A program made the translations under genes and the position numbers. This document shows, in pieces, positions 13,122 to 26,022 of a stretch of 64,000 bases of DNA (position 1 is the first letter of the stretch; each line of letters opens with the position of its first letter). The notes under the pieces were generated by a model, which had not been told where the DNA came from, did no database searches, and saw only the letters and a list, made by a program, of their open reading frames with translations. This stretch comes from Sminthopsis crassicaudata. Taxonomy: Eukaryota. The stretch covers positions 178,029,162 through 178,093,161 of the forward strand of contig NC_133618.1 in the NCBI RefSeq assembly GCF_048593235.1. Direction: 5' to 3'.

Positions 13122-16100
13122 TAACTGAAATAGATTTTCATGCTTCATTAAATATTGAGTAGGCTATTCATTAGAAGTGAGCTAAGAAGGAATGTGAAGA
13201 CAATAAGACAACCTGCCTGACATCCATCCCTTTCTTGTAAAACCCTCCCCCTCCTTCCCATCTATCCAATGTCTATTTAGTCTTCAAAGTCTAACTTTGG
13301 TCCCTCCTTGTAGTGAAGTCATATCTTCCCAGCCTAGCCTGAAGTGATTTTTTTCCCCCTCTCTTGTCTGTTCTGACTGTAAGGCAGCTCATAACCACTG
13401 GATCACTGGGAGGGTGACGTATTCTCTTGTTATTGTAAAAACTTTTAGGAAGAGGAGCTTGTCTTGGTGGTCCTGGTACCAAGTAGAGTCTCTTTCTATG
13501 GATGCTACTTCATAAATGTCAAGTCTGCCACTATATGATGTTTGGCATGTATTTTTTTCCCCTGATGCACAGTTTCCTTATCCATAAAGTGATAAGTTGA
13601 ATTAGATGTTTTCTGGCTCTGACATCTATGATTTCATTCCAATTATAAGCTACAATTTTTCTTTCTCCTTATTTGACTTGTAGAAAAATTTAGTATAACA
13701 TGATAAGCATCTGATACCAGAGAAATAGCTTCTCTCTCTCTGAACTTCCTGTAAGTATCAACAGCAAGTTTTCCAAGGCTTCATATATACCACAGGAACT
13801 GGACTATACCTTCTCACTGCTGGTGATAGCATATAGAGGAATCACATTCTGTCTGTTTTGTTGTCTGAATTCCTTAGAGAAATAGACTTTCTCTATATTT
13901 CTAAGGCTATAGAGAGCTACAAGATTTTGGTAGGAAGATGAATTGAGAAAGAAAGATAGTTTTCAGGATTACCCTTTTGCTTGACACATCATCCATTTAT
14001 CTAGTACTAGTTTTTCTTCTGAGCTTCAGTTCCCTATCATCAATTATCTATTGAACATTTCTAATGAAACATTCTGGAGATCTCAAATTCAATATATCCA
14101 ATATTCATTGTATTTTCCTCCAAATTCCTGCCCCTTCCAAATTTCTCTATTTGTATCAAATGAACCATCTTTCCGATGGTTTCAAGGATTTGTAACCTTG
14201 ACATTATTCTGGACTCTTTCTTTTCTCTCACCCCTCATATTCAATTATTTTCTAATTCTTATGTTTCTATTTTACAACATGTCTTTCATCTGACAGCTTC
14301 CATCATTCCATTCTTATAATTCTTTCTATTAACATAGCCATTACCTTTTTTCAGGCCTTAAGCTACCTCTAGCCTAGATTATTGTAATAGTTCCCATTTT
14401 ATTTTCCTGCTTCAGCTCTCTTAAAAATTCATCCTGTACAGTTTCCAAAGTGATTTTCTGTAAGCACAGATCTGACTGTGTGATTACTTTATTCAACCCA
14501 CTCTTTTTGTCTTCTAAGCTAAAATATAGAATCTTTTGGGAACCCTTTGACATCCCTTTCCGAATTAATAAGTTCTTATTTTCCCTCCTTTCAACCTCTC
14601 TCCATGGAAAAAAAAGCAAAAGAAAAATTTTACAACAAATATGCAAAAAATTTATTCTATCACCTCTTTTTAAAGGATTGGATAGCACTTTTCATCATTG
14701 GTCCTTTGAAATCATGATTGATTATTAGATTGTTCAGAAGTTTTAAGTCTTTCAAAATTCTCTATTGTTTGCCAGGTTGTTTTCATTTCACTCTCTATCA
14801 GTTCATGCTAAGCTTTTCAGTTTTCTCTGAAACTATTGCCTTCACCATTTTTTTTAGATTGTAATTTTCCATTATATTCATGGATCATAATTTGTTTGGT
14901 TTTCTTCTAATTGATTGATATCCTCTTAATTTCTGGTTCTTTGCAAACACAAGAAGAATAGCTATAACTATTTTTTATTTATAAGGCCCTTTTATTATTT
15001 TTAAATATCTTTGGGGTATATATTTAGTGATTGTATTGATGGCTCAAAAGTTACACTCAGTTTACTAGATTTTGGGGCATAGTTCTACTAGTTACAATTT
15101 GGCACCTTTGGGAAAAATCCCTTAAATTCTTTGGCTTTCAGCTGGATTAATGACTCTTAAGTTTCCTTCTAGTTTTAGGTCTAATGCACTCACACAACTA
15201 GATATTGAGGCTCAAAAAGAGAGAAAAATATGAGGTATACATTTAAGGACATTTCCCATAGAGCAATGAAACTATGAGAATGAAGTCAAGGCAAAAATTT
15301 TTGTCCTATCTCTGGTGTTGCTCAGAGAGAAGCTGGTTGAATCCATCTATATCAAGTCCCTTGTATAACTTCAATTCCTGATATAATTTAGCATCATGTC
15401 CTATGGTAAATTAAAGGCTCTACTTAGGATAGAAACCATGTCAACCACACTAGATCCCAAGAAAAGGATTTAGGTAGCCTGGTCAATGTTAATGGCTACT
15501 TCCCTTCACCTTTCTGTTTATCCTTTACTTCTACTCTCCCTTCACCCCTTACCCATTGTAGTTGCAAGGAATTGGAAACTGAGTGAATGCCCTAAGTTGC
15601 AAAATGGCTGAATACCATTTGGTTCACATTCAGCATTTTCTCCAGAAATCTGCTGAGGTGAAAAAGCAGAGGAAATTTCAGTAAATCTCTATCTACCTTT
15701 AAGAAAGCTTTCAACTTTTACTTTCTTCAAACTCTTTTTCTATGGATTTCCATCTCATCTTTGCAATGCAGAGGAAAAAAACAAGAGAATACATCAGAAG
15801 CACTTCTTCCCAGGTATTTTTTCCATTCAGTTTAGGCCAATGTAGCATTTAACTTGCTTTGAGGAACGTTCAGTAAGTAGCTATTCTGTGAAAGTAAGAC
15901 ATCATAGCATAAAGTGATGGCAAACTTTCAGAGCTAAGGAGATGACTCAAGTCTTTTACATACTAGCTATGTGACTCTGAACAAGTCACATAATGTCTCA
16001 GTATTCTTACTAATTCTTTAAAACTATCATTTGCAAAAACAGGTCCTGATCTACATTGATAAAGAGAATTTCTGTACTGTATATTTGTAATACCAGTAAA

Positions 16101-16538
16101 ATCACAGGTCTGGTCTTTCCTTCCCCTAAACAATGTTGTGCAGGGCACAGAGTTATTTGTTTAAAATTCAAAGGTAAAATAAAGACACAGGGGAGCTCTT
16201 CTACTTCATTGAGGATATCTAATGATCCTGTGTCTCTCAGAGCCCATAAAGATTATGAAACTACAGAGCAGGGGGAGATAACTACTGGTCTGCGTGGTCA
16301 AAAACATTTTTTCATCAAGGAGGAAGGACATTAGTTGGACTTTGAAGGATGTGTGTTGTGTAGGCAGAAAAGAGGAAAAGGGCATTCTAGGCAGAAGAAT
16401 AGGATGAACAGACCTTCTACTTTCCTGCCTACTCATGCCCTTTCAGATCTTCTTTGAGGTTTCAACCCACACACTACTCAGTAAAACATGGAAAACTGGC
16501 CCTTTTCATCAGCTCCTGGCTCAGAGCCCTGCCATAAC

Positions 16539-16545
16539 TATAAAA
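16539..16545 (+). promoter_or_regulatory. TATA box upstream of exon B
   Basis: TATAAAA about 85 nt upstream of the ATG at 16629. Confidence 0.7.
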
Positions 16546-16628
16546 ATTAGCCAAATCATACCTGCCTCCTTTGGCTAAGGAATTTGGGTTCCATTGTTTT
16601 ACAGATTCCTCTCTACTGACACTAAGCC

Positions 16629-16686
16629 ATGAAAATTTTGTACTTCCTGTTTGTGGTCCTTATTTTCCTGGCCCAAGTTTCTCAAG
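16629..16686 (+). CDS. Beta-defensin-type exon 1 (exon B), signal peptide; no canonical exon 2 found
   Basis: gccATG; 58 nt encoding MKILYFLFVVLIFLAQVSQ+G, then donor GTAAGA. Same length and phase as the other defensin first exons. Resembles the human DEFB107 signal peptide as I recall it (MKIFVFILAALILLAQIFQ). Confidence 0.8.
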
Positions 16687-17239
16687 GTAAGATGGGAATC
16701 AAAAGAAGTAAAAAGATACAGGGACTTCACCATAGGTTGTCTCTTCCTGAGAGAATAACCCACAATTCTTAGGAGAGATGACGTAGACTCAGTCCTTGTT
16801 TAGTACTAAGAGAAAGCCTTGTGGAGACATGAGAGGTTATGGTTAGGAAACTGAGATTTGGTTGTCCTGATTCTATTCCTTATTCTCCTAACTCTTTCTT
16901 TTAAAACTACAAGAGCATATTGAACATAGCAAGAGCACACCATAATTTTACCCTACACCTTGCAGTTATAGTAACTTTTAGACCCACTTTCTTTTCAGGG
17001 AGAGTTAAGTTCATGAAGAGAAGCTCTGATAGTCAGAATATTTTTCAGAGTCTGAATTTTCCAGACTGGAATTTCCAGAGGTTCAATATTTGTGTAATTA
17101 ATTCCCCCAATTCTCCCTCTGGTGCTCTTTTAATGGCTTTTAAAGTCTAATAGAATGATTCATAATTTATTCCAGAAACAATTGTGAGTATTCAGAGTTG
17201 ATTGAATAGGTGAATGATGTGTTCAAATCTACATTAAAG

Positions 17240-17900
17240 ATTATTCTGACAACTAGATGGAAAGGGAAATAGACTGGGGAGAGATTTGAGGCAATAGACC
17301 AGTTGGGAAACCATTATAATAGTCCAGACAAATGGACTGATGAGGGCCTGAGCTAAGGGAGTGAATGTGTCATAATGATAAGGGGATGAATGCAAGAGTT
17401 ATTATGTTGTTAGAAATGACAAGATTTGACAAATAATTGATTATGTGGCATGAGGACAAAAAAAAAGGAATCTAGAAGACTAGACTCAATCAACAAGCAA
17501 TAAGAACTTATTGAGTGGTGTCCTGAAAGTTCAGAAGAGAAATTGGTCTAATGATAATGCATTCTGTTTTGGACATGTTGAGTTTGTGATCCCTCCAGTT
17601 AAAAATGTTTACTACTCAGTTGGGAATATGAGATTGGAACTCAGGAGAGGGACCAATGACAAATATAGACATCTGAGAATCATCTGTGTAGAGGTGATAA
17701 TGAAACCCATTCAGGCAGATAAGGTCAGCAAGTGAGAAAGTATATAATAGAGAAAAGAGGATCTAAGATATAGTGTTAAGGTGTCTCAGAAGATATGATT
17801 TATGGTGAACTAACAAAGGAAACTGGGAAGGAACAGTAAGACAGATGAGAGGAGAAACAGGAGAAGAGTCACAAAAAATTCAGAGAAAAGTGAGTATTCA
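17240..17900 (+). mobile_element. L2 LINE fragments
   Basis: Typical L2 remnant text (ggacatgttgagtttgtgat..., atagacatctgagaatcatctgtgtagaggtgataatgaaacccat). Approximate. Confidence 0.55.
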
Positions 17901-18239
17901 GGAAGAATGATGATGACCACTTGTGTAGGACTGAAGATCTGTAAAGCGTGTTTTTTTTTTTTTTTTTTACAGCTATTAACTCAGTTAACTTTCATAATAA
18001 CTTTATGATATAGATATTATTATTCCCATTTTATATAACAGGAAACTGAGTCTGAGAGAGATTGCGACACTTCATAAAGGTCACATTGTTTGTGTTTGAG
18101 ATAGGATTTCAAACTTTTTCCCCTAGTACTTCCTAATTCCAAGTTCAGTATTCTCTTTATTCATTGTATTATCTATGCTTGTAGTCAATAGTGTGAAATA
18201 GAAATAGCAAGATGCAGAAGAATTGAGGAAAAGCCATTA

Positions 18240-19000
18240 CATTTTCTATTTAAGAAGGCATTAATATTTAAAAATGGCCAAAACATCCTTAAGTTTTCTC
18301 TTCTTCAGATTTAGCATCCTCAGTTCCTTCCACAGATTTTCCCGTAGCATGGAATCCAGCCTATTCACCATCTTTGCTATTTCTTTCAAATGTAATCCAT
18401 GTGTGGTGCTCAGAAATAAGCACCTTTCTTTTAGTTATGGTGTGACCAAATCTAATAAACCTTGGAATTGTTTTGAACACAATTTAAGGCAGTCTAAATT
18501 AGCATGAGTGGTCTTGGTTACCATTCTGGTCTGTTGAGTCCACAAACTATCTTCCCCTCTCAATCATTTTCATAGAAACTGTTGCTAACTATACCTCTAA
18601 CATCTTGTATTTGTGATGGTAATATGCAGACTAACTGTAGAACTTTATAATCACTACTAGACTAGGAATTTAGCCATTATTAGATTCAACCTACACTTCA
18701 AGCCTTTTTGGACCTGAACTCTGTCATTCAGTGTATTAAGTGGCACTCTAATCTTTCTGTGTTGTCAGAAAATGTGATAATCCAAATCGTTCTCAAGATT
18801 CTGAATAAGAAAGCCCCAAGGATAGAGTAATTGGATACTTCTAGAGAGACCTTCATTCATGTTGATATAGACTTATGACTTAATGACCAGAGATTCTCGT
18901 GAAGTATACCCAATACATTTCTACCAAGAGTAGATTGTTGACAAGATTACATCTTTGCAGAATTTCCATGTGTAAGAAAGGGAAATTTATAGATTAGTTA
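18240..19000 (-). mobile_element. L3/CR1 LINE RT 3' fragment
   Basis: The minus strand encodes LRMLNLKKRKLKDVLAIFKY, matching the CR1 motif LGLFSLEKRRLRGDxIAVFKY; further decayed RT-like residues lie upstream. Confidence 0.65.
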
Positions 19001-21489
19001 TTCCAAATCCTTAACTTTATAGATCTCCCAAATTAAAACATTTGAAAGGCCCTGGAGAAAAAGAAGGCCTTGAAGAAGGCTCAAATACACATCAATACAC
19101 CAAATAAAATATATCTGAGGATCATTTACTAATAATGCTAGTGAATGAGTGAAATTTTTTTCCCTCTTTTTCTTCTCTTTTTTCAATGAATAAGAATTTA
19201 TTTTTTTTTATTATTTTAAAAGAAAGAAAAGAAAAACAAAAACAACATCTTTGCAGCAAATCTGAATAGTCAAGCAAAGTGAATCAGCATATTAGCCAAT
19301 TGTATTTCATTCCACATATTTCCGCCAATGTCCTTTTTTTTTTTTTTTTTTTTTTTTCCTTTCAGGAGGTATGTTTCTTCATTGTTTGTCCTCTGTGGCA
19401 CCATGGTTGATTTGCATCAGAGTTGTTTTCTTTCAATATCTGAATACAAAAACATAAAAGTAAGGCCCCTCCCCTCAAGAATTCTGTTTGGGCAGATTGG
19501 AGCCACCAGAACAAGGCGATAGTATAGCATATTGGAGAGGAGACTGGATGGATTTACAATAAACAAGACATATTTGAATCTAATCTAATATCTCCTAGTT
19601 GCGTGATCCTTGGACAAGTTACTTTGTTTCCCTTGATGTTACTTTGCTCTGTAAAATGGAGCTAATACCTCACAGGGTTCACAAGATTAACTGAAATATA
19701 GAGAAATATAATGTCCTTTTAGAACCTCTATGCTATATGTAAATGCCAGTTAAGAGTTATGGCTGTCCAGGGATACACTTTCTCAGGGATATACTCTTAG
19801 GGCCAGAAAAGAGCATATGTGATTACTTCATATGACATCAAAAAGGAAGAGAACCTTGATCTGGGTCTTGGAGTGATAAGCAGAAATTGGTTGTAGGCAT
19901 AGACAGAAGGGAGTTAGGTTTTTTTAGGCAAAGACATGGTGTGAACACTATGCCCAAACTGTCTATGGAATTTTTGGTTAACTCAAATTTTCAATACTAT
20001 TAAATGGATTGTGATAATCTATTCAATGTCAGTCATTTTCCTCAGGCAAAAGTGCCTCAGGCTTTGCAAAACCAATGAACATTATAGGACTCAAAATCCT
20101 TCTTACTGGAATTGAATCCTTTTGTGCCACAGGGACCATAAATTCCGAGATGTCTTGGTTTCATGTATCCTCATCTTGCCCCCAACCTTTTCCACATAAA
20201 TTGGAGACCACTGATGATAGAAGAAGAAAATAATTTTAGGAATTCTTCAGGAAAGACCAAATCTCAGCTTTTAGGAAAGGACAGATGAAAGGCAGGTTTA
20301 GCAACATGGTTTACAGAAATCTTTACAAAAACTTTTCCTTTATCCTTCTGGTTTAAGCAACAATTGAAATAATACAAACTTGACCACTACAAGTCCGTGT
20401 ACCAAAAGGGTTCTAGTAGGGATCTTTGGAGTTGTCCCTCTGGCAGATGCAAAGAAAAGGATTTTATCCTCCTTGGGTTAGTAACCCAACCATTCCACAT
20501 AGTTTCACTTTTCATTCAGGCTCTTCATGAGATGTTTGTTGCTTGTTCTTACTTCTAGGGATCATTCTTTAATTCTTATGCTGGTTTCCTAGAATCTTCT
20601 TTTGATCCCTTCTTTGATCCACAATTCAATTTCCAATTAAAATAGGTCTTCTTGAAACTTATAACTTATGTTTCTATTTTCTTTTCACTCACTGGTCCCC
20701 TTCTCAGCCGCTCCCTCCAACTTGTCCCACTTCCCTGCATATAGTCTAGGACAGTATCCAAGAGAGTTTTCTTAGTTCTCATAGCTTGATTCCTCTTCTT
20801 TTTCTTTGCTTTTTCACCAGCTTCCAAGTCATTTCTAACAACCCATTCACCCCATCTTTAACTCTATCTACCCATCGTTTTCTCAGGTCTTTGAGCTTCT
20901 GACCTCTTTATTATACAGTCAAGAAGTGATAGTTAGCATTAGGCATCAGATGCATAATATTGTGTCACAGGGTCACTGACCTACTGGAACTAATGGGTCA
21001 AAATGGAAAAGTTGTAGTGGGAAGAAGGGAGAGAAGAAGTTATTGGAGAAGAGAAGGATTTAAGGAATGGACTTTCTCTCAACAGCTGTCATTCCCCCAG
21101 TCTCTACTTAATAGTTCCTCACTGTCCTTCTCTTCAGACAAATTACTCTTTTCAGTTTCATTTTCTAAGCTGATTGAAGCACATTTTTTCCTACTTTATT
21201 TTCTCATAGTTTTTTCACCTCCCAGGAAAAAAAATTTAGGATTAAAAATATTCTCCCTCTTCTGCCTTGAAATAATAGTTTTAGAGATGAAAAAGACCTT
21301 GGAAACCATTGATTTCAACATCTTTATTTTATAGCAGAGAAAATGGAAACTAGTTTAAACTATTACTGAGAGCTTCACAGCCAGTCAGGATCTGAGATGG
21401 GATTTGAACCAAAGACTTTATTAGCCCAAGTTCAGTTGTCAAATCCACGATGATACATTATTTTATTCTCGATATACTTAGTCTATTGG

Positions 21490-21730
21490 AGTAGCTAGTT
21501 GGTACAGTGGATAGAACTTGGGCCTTTGAGTCCAGAAGATCTGAGTTCAATTTCTGCCTCAGATACTCACTAGCTGTGGTCCTGGGCAAGTCATTTAATT
21601 TTGTTTAGCTCAGTTTCCTCATCTGTAAAATGACCTGGAGAAGGAAATGATAAATTACTCCAGTATCTTTGACCAAAAAAACCCAAATGGGTCATGATGA
21701 GGCAGACACAACTGAAATGACTGAATAAAA
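21490..21730 (+). mobile_element. MAR1/MIR-type CORE-SINE
   Basis: tRNA-like head (gtagctagttggtacagtggatagaac), CORE (cagtttcctcatctgtaaaatg) and RTE-like tail (ggagaaggaaatg...ccaaatgggtcatg). One of many similar copies in the window. Confidence 0.8.
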
Positions 21731-24726
21731 ACTAGTCTATTACCTAGTTTGGAGAATTCTCCTTCTAAACGTTTTCTTAACTTGATTCCTCTTCTCTCTG
21801 TTGATCTTAATTATTACACTATCTCACTTCTTTCTTGTCAATCCTTACCGGTGTCATCTATCCACTCATTTTATTTTCAGTGAGGATTTATTAAGTACTC
21901 AATATGGTCCTGGGCTTGTGTTAGGTTGGGAGATATAGAGAAAAACCCCCAAATAATCCCTTCCTTCAAGGAATTTACCTTCTATCGGAAGAAAACAACA
22001 CATATATAGAAAGCTAAAGGTTCTATCTACATCTACCTATCTATCTCTATTTCAAGAGAGGGTACCAATGCCAGAGGTGATGCCTGAGTTGACTTTTTGC
22101 TTTTTCTTTGTATCTTTAGTATTTAGCTTAGTAACTTGCACTTATTAACTGCTTCATAAATGCTTGTTGAAGGGCAGAATCCAGAGATTTTATTAGGGAA
22201 GGAAAGAATATATTCTCAGTAAAGGGGACAATTGGTACAAAGGCATGGAATGGACAAACAAGTCTAACTGAACTAGAGATTGCATGCATAACAATGTGTA
22301 ATAAGGCTGGAAAGGCAGGTATCATACAGATTGGGAATGGACATTAAATGCCAAGTAGAAAAGTCTGCATATTATTGTAAAGGAAATAAAGAGCCATTGG
22401 GACTTTTCAAGGAAATGACTTGCTAAGAAATGACTTACTTTGGGAATATTACTTGGACATCTGTGTAGAGAACTTATTGGAAAAGTTAGAGACTTGGGGA
22501 AAGGAAAATTATTAGGAAGCTGTTGCAAAAATCTGAGCAACAAGTAATAATAAGGGCTTGAACCAAGGTGGTGGCTGTGTGAGTAGAAAGAAGATAAGAG
22601 ATGACAGATGTAGAGCTAGAATGAATTTATAGACTGAAAATCAGGAAGGGGGAGAATTTAAGGATTATTCTATGACTGAAAAAACATGTATAAACAAGAG
22701 AATATAAATATATAAATAAGAAGGAAGTATTGTGGAATTGGGTGGTGGTGGTGGTGGTAGTGAAGAGGTTGTAGAATAATGAATTCTCTTTTTAGAAATG
22801 TTGAGTTTGGAAGTCTATAGGATATCCATTTGAAGATGTCCAATAGGTAAATGCTTATGTAGACTTAGAATTCAGAAGAACAAGTGGGGTTGAATATAAG
22901 CTGACTAGATATGATAAATGAACCCACATCAGGTTTCTGGTTACCTCCATGTCCCCAAATATTGCTGAGTTACTTAAATTTGAGTTCCCTTGTGGAAAAG
23001 ACATAGGATGTTCTTCTAATTCTGCTCCATAACAATATGATTTTTATGAGTTTGAAATTGTTGTATTTTCAAAACTCAACAGAGAAATATTCATGTTGAC
23101 AAAAGTACAGAGGCATAAATAGTGAGTGGACATTAGAACCAAGAAGACAGATTCAAGTTGAATTTATAGGCAAATTTCCTTACTAGAAGCTTTCTATAGT
23201 AATGAAATCACATATCAGATCAGGATAAATAAAGTATTAAAATGAATTACATATGAAGTGGAAAATAACCTAAGTTGTTTAGTTTGTTCCAGTTTTCTGT
23301 GCACATCATGGAGAAAAAAAATATCTTTTTCTTTATTCTGTCAAAGCTAACTTAATTGCTTTGCCAACAATTTGTCCTAGACCCATATGACTAGTATCAT
23401 TTAAGTCTTAAATCAATGGATTCAATTTGTCAAAAGTTCCACCACAAGAATCTATTTTCCCTAACCGTAAAGAAACTCTTTATTCTGGATAGATCCTTTC
23501 TCTTCAACCCCACATTATAGTCCTCATAGGGTTGTCTTCTTTCTTGTCTGACTATAATGCTTATTGAAACTAGTCTTCCCTGTGGCTCTTGAATTAGAAA
23601 GAATTTAATTCTTTCCTTCTGAAAGAATTCAACAAGAGGTAAACCTGGACACAGATGATAAAATAGGCAATTATGACTATATCAAGTTTAAAATGATCTT
23701 TAATTAATAAAATCAATAAAATCAAAGTAGTTAGAAGTTACAGATAAACAAAAGATGGTAATATATTTGCACTAAATATCACTGATAAAAATTTGATACA
23801 CAAGGTATACAAGGAAAATAGATAACACCAAAAGCCACTTTGTTGTTCTTATTGTTCGGTCATTTCAGTAATGTCTGATTCTTCGTGATCCCATTTGGGG
23901 TTTTCTTGAAGATCATTTTAGAAATGAGGAAAGTGAAGAAAACAAGGTTAAGTGATTTGCCCAGGATCACAAAATTAGTAAATGTCTGAGATAGAATGTG
24001 AATTTAGATCTTCCTGATTCTAAGCCTAATGTTCTGATTACTGGTCCATCTAGCTGTGTGCCAAGAGCCAATTTCTAAAATATAAATATTTAAAGAATGC
24101 AAGCAGGTTTTGCACTCAATAAGTTGAAAACTAGTTTTCAGGAAGGGCAAGTGAGAAAAGAACTGAGCTTTCAGGTTTTTTGTTTTTGTTTTTGCAAATG
24201 AGAATTTTTTCCTGCTCTGAAAAGGAGGAGAAAACCAGGTTGAAAATATTAGTGTTAGCTGCTTTATTCTGGTGTTACAGTGGATAGCATGCCAAAGTCT
24301 TCTTGAGTTCAAATCTGGGGTCAAACACTTACTAGCTGTACAACTCTGGGCCGGTCACTTAAGCCTCTTTGCCTGAGTTTCCTCAACTGAAAAATGAGCT
24401 GGAGAAAAAAATGGCAAATCATTCCACCTATGATCTTTGTCAAGATCTTTTACCAAAAAACCCTAAATGGGGTCACAAAGAGTCACATTTTCTTGAAAAC
24501 TATTTGTTAATAAAATTCAAATTAGTTTTAGGAAATATGTTTTGTAAATGAAGTTCCCTTAGGCAGCTCCATTTGTCAGTAATGTAAAAAATGTGGGAGG
24601 AGGCAGTAATGTGAGAGAATAGTGAGACATGATTTTATTAGTTGGATCCACAAGAAATTCATCCACCAAAAGGATAAAACCTAATACAGAGAATGGGTAG
24701 CCCTCTGAGAGCTAAAACAACATTGA

Positions 24727-25168
24727 TGATGTAGTGTTCTGGTTGGTTTTATGTAGATCTCTGGACCAGCCTTCATTTCAGTTGAGTAATCACAAGCACA
24801 GCCAGGTGTTAAAGTCCAAATTCTTTGTTTTCTCCTTCATAGTCTAGTTTCCTTGCTTGGGGCCCAGTTTCCTTTCTTGTGGCCTTCAGAAGGGCCTTGG
24901 TCTCCATGGAGAAATGCAGGAGGCCAGCCACCATAGTGGTGTGAGATGGAGTGAATCTCTCTGGCTATTTGTCCCAGCTTATAAGTCCTATTATAATTAC
25001 ATCATTGTAGGTATGAATCTTGTAGAACTATATTAAGTACAAAGTACTTGTACTGAACTAGAGAACTATTAAGCACCATGCTAAACTAGATAACCACTGT
25101 ATTGTCAATTCCACTGACTTAACATCTTGTAAGAATCCTTATTTCAAGTACAGAGTTCTGGCCCATAA
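24727..25168 (-). mobile_element. Solo LTR of a marsupial ERV family
   Basis: Starts tgatgtagtgttc and contains cagccaggtgttaaagtccaaattctttgtt and gtaagaatcctt, recognised as a dasyurid LTR family. Right boundary approximate; no TSD confirmed. Confidence 0.6.
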
Positions 25169-25809
25169 GATGATTATCCCTAGATTGCCTTTTGGTTTTA
25201 TGTAGAACTAAGAGAAGGTTGGTACCAATATTTGTCTGATTGCATCTAGTCATTATTTAATGAGGTCAGGCACTATCTTTAGTAACATTTTATTATTACA
25301 AAAAATGAAGGAGGCAGAGAACAACAGAGATGCCAGACAAACAAATATCTAAAATGAAAAAAAATTATAAAAGAAAAATTTTATGTATTCTTTAAATGAG
25401 AATTCTAGTGAGCATAAAGCAAATTCTTAGCAAAACTTGTGAAGCAATTCTTTTATAGATTTTTAACAACTTGAAAAAGAACATGATGATCAATAAAAGT
25501 CAGTAAAGTTCAAAAGTGATTTGACATTTTCTTCTTCATTCCTTCCATTCATATGTGGAGGAATGTTGGTGATGAATGTTGTCACTTAGAAAAATCCAGT
25601 AGATGGGAGAGACTTTTAATTACTGAAATAACCTCTGCTGTCATATTCACTTGTAGTACAGAGGAAGCTACAATGTGGCATTTCACTTCAGTGTTTATCA
25701 CCTTTTTGGCTATGATTTGTGGTGGAATTATATCTTGAACTAATGCAGTCACCAAAATGTCATTCATTCATCAAGAAAAACAAAAAGGCAGAGGATCATT
25801 ATGTGGGAA

Positions 25810-25815
25810 TTTATT
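25810..25815 (-). terminator. Polyadenylation signal of gene C
   Basis: tttatt = AATAAA on the minus strand, about 50 nt after the stop at 25865. Confidence 0.7.
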
Positions 25816-25864
25816 TTAAAGTTTGCCACTCAACAAAGGACTCAACAAAGATTCACACTGCTGA

Positions 25865-26022
25865 TCAGGAAGGTTGTGGATGACTCTTTGTCCTCTTTTT
25901 TGTGTTTTTCTCACAGCACAGTTTTTCCCCAAAGCACATGGATATCATGATTTCATTTTCAAGACAACGCACCCGACAGAATCCCTTGGGCTTCCAACAC
26001 ACATGGGTAAATCTGCTCCTGA
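25865..26022 (-). CDS. Beta-defensin gene C exon 2 (paralogue of gene A, DEFB108-like)
   Basis: Acceptor tttctttgtgtag|TC AGG. Translates (V)RSRFTHVCWKPKGFCRVRCLENEIMISMCFGEKLCCEKNTKKRTKSHPQPS*, spacing C-x6-C-x3-C-x9-C-x5-CC. Confidence 0.95.

Noticed and set aside
20040-20120. KCLRLCKTNEHYR and nearby acceptor ttttcctcag|GC as exon 2 for exon B
   Set aside because: The Cys-containing frame is not the phase-1 frame of the acceptor, and it lacks C1, C4 and CC. The phase-1 frame has no defensin motif.
20295-20370. Minus-strand FCKDFCKPCC* and NCCLNQ fragments resembling DEFB108
   Set aside because: They lie in different frames with no acceptor and impossible spacing, so they are most likely chance in TG-rich sequence.
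25553-25767. Overlapping 61-aa ORFs just 3' of gene C
   Set aside because: Neither has a defensin pattern or splice link. At most this is a faint hAT transposase fossil, which I cannot support.
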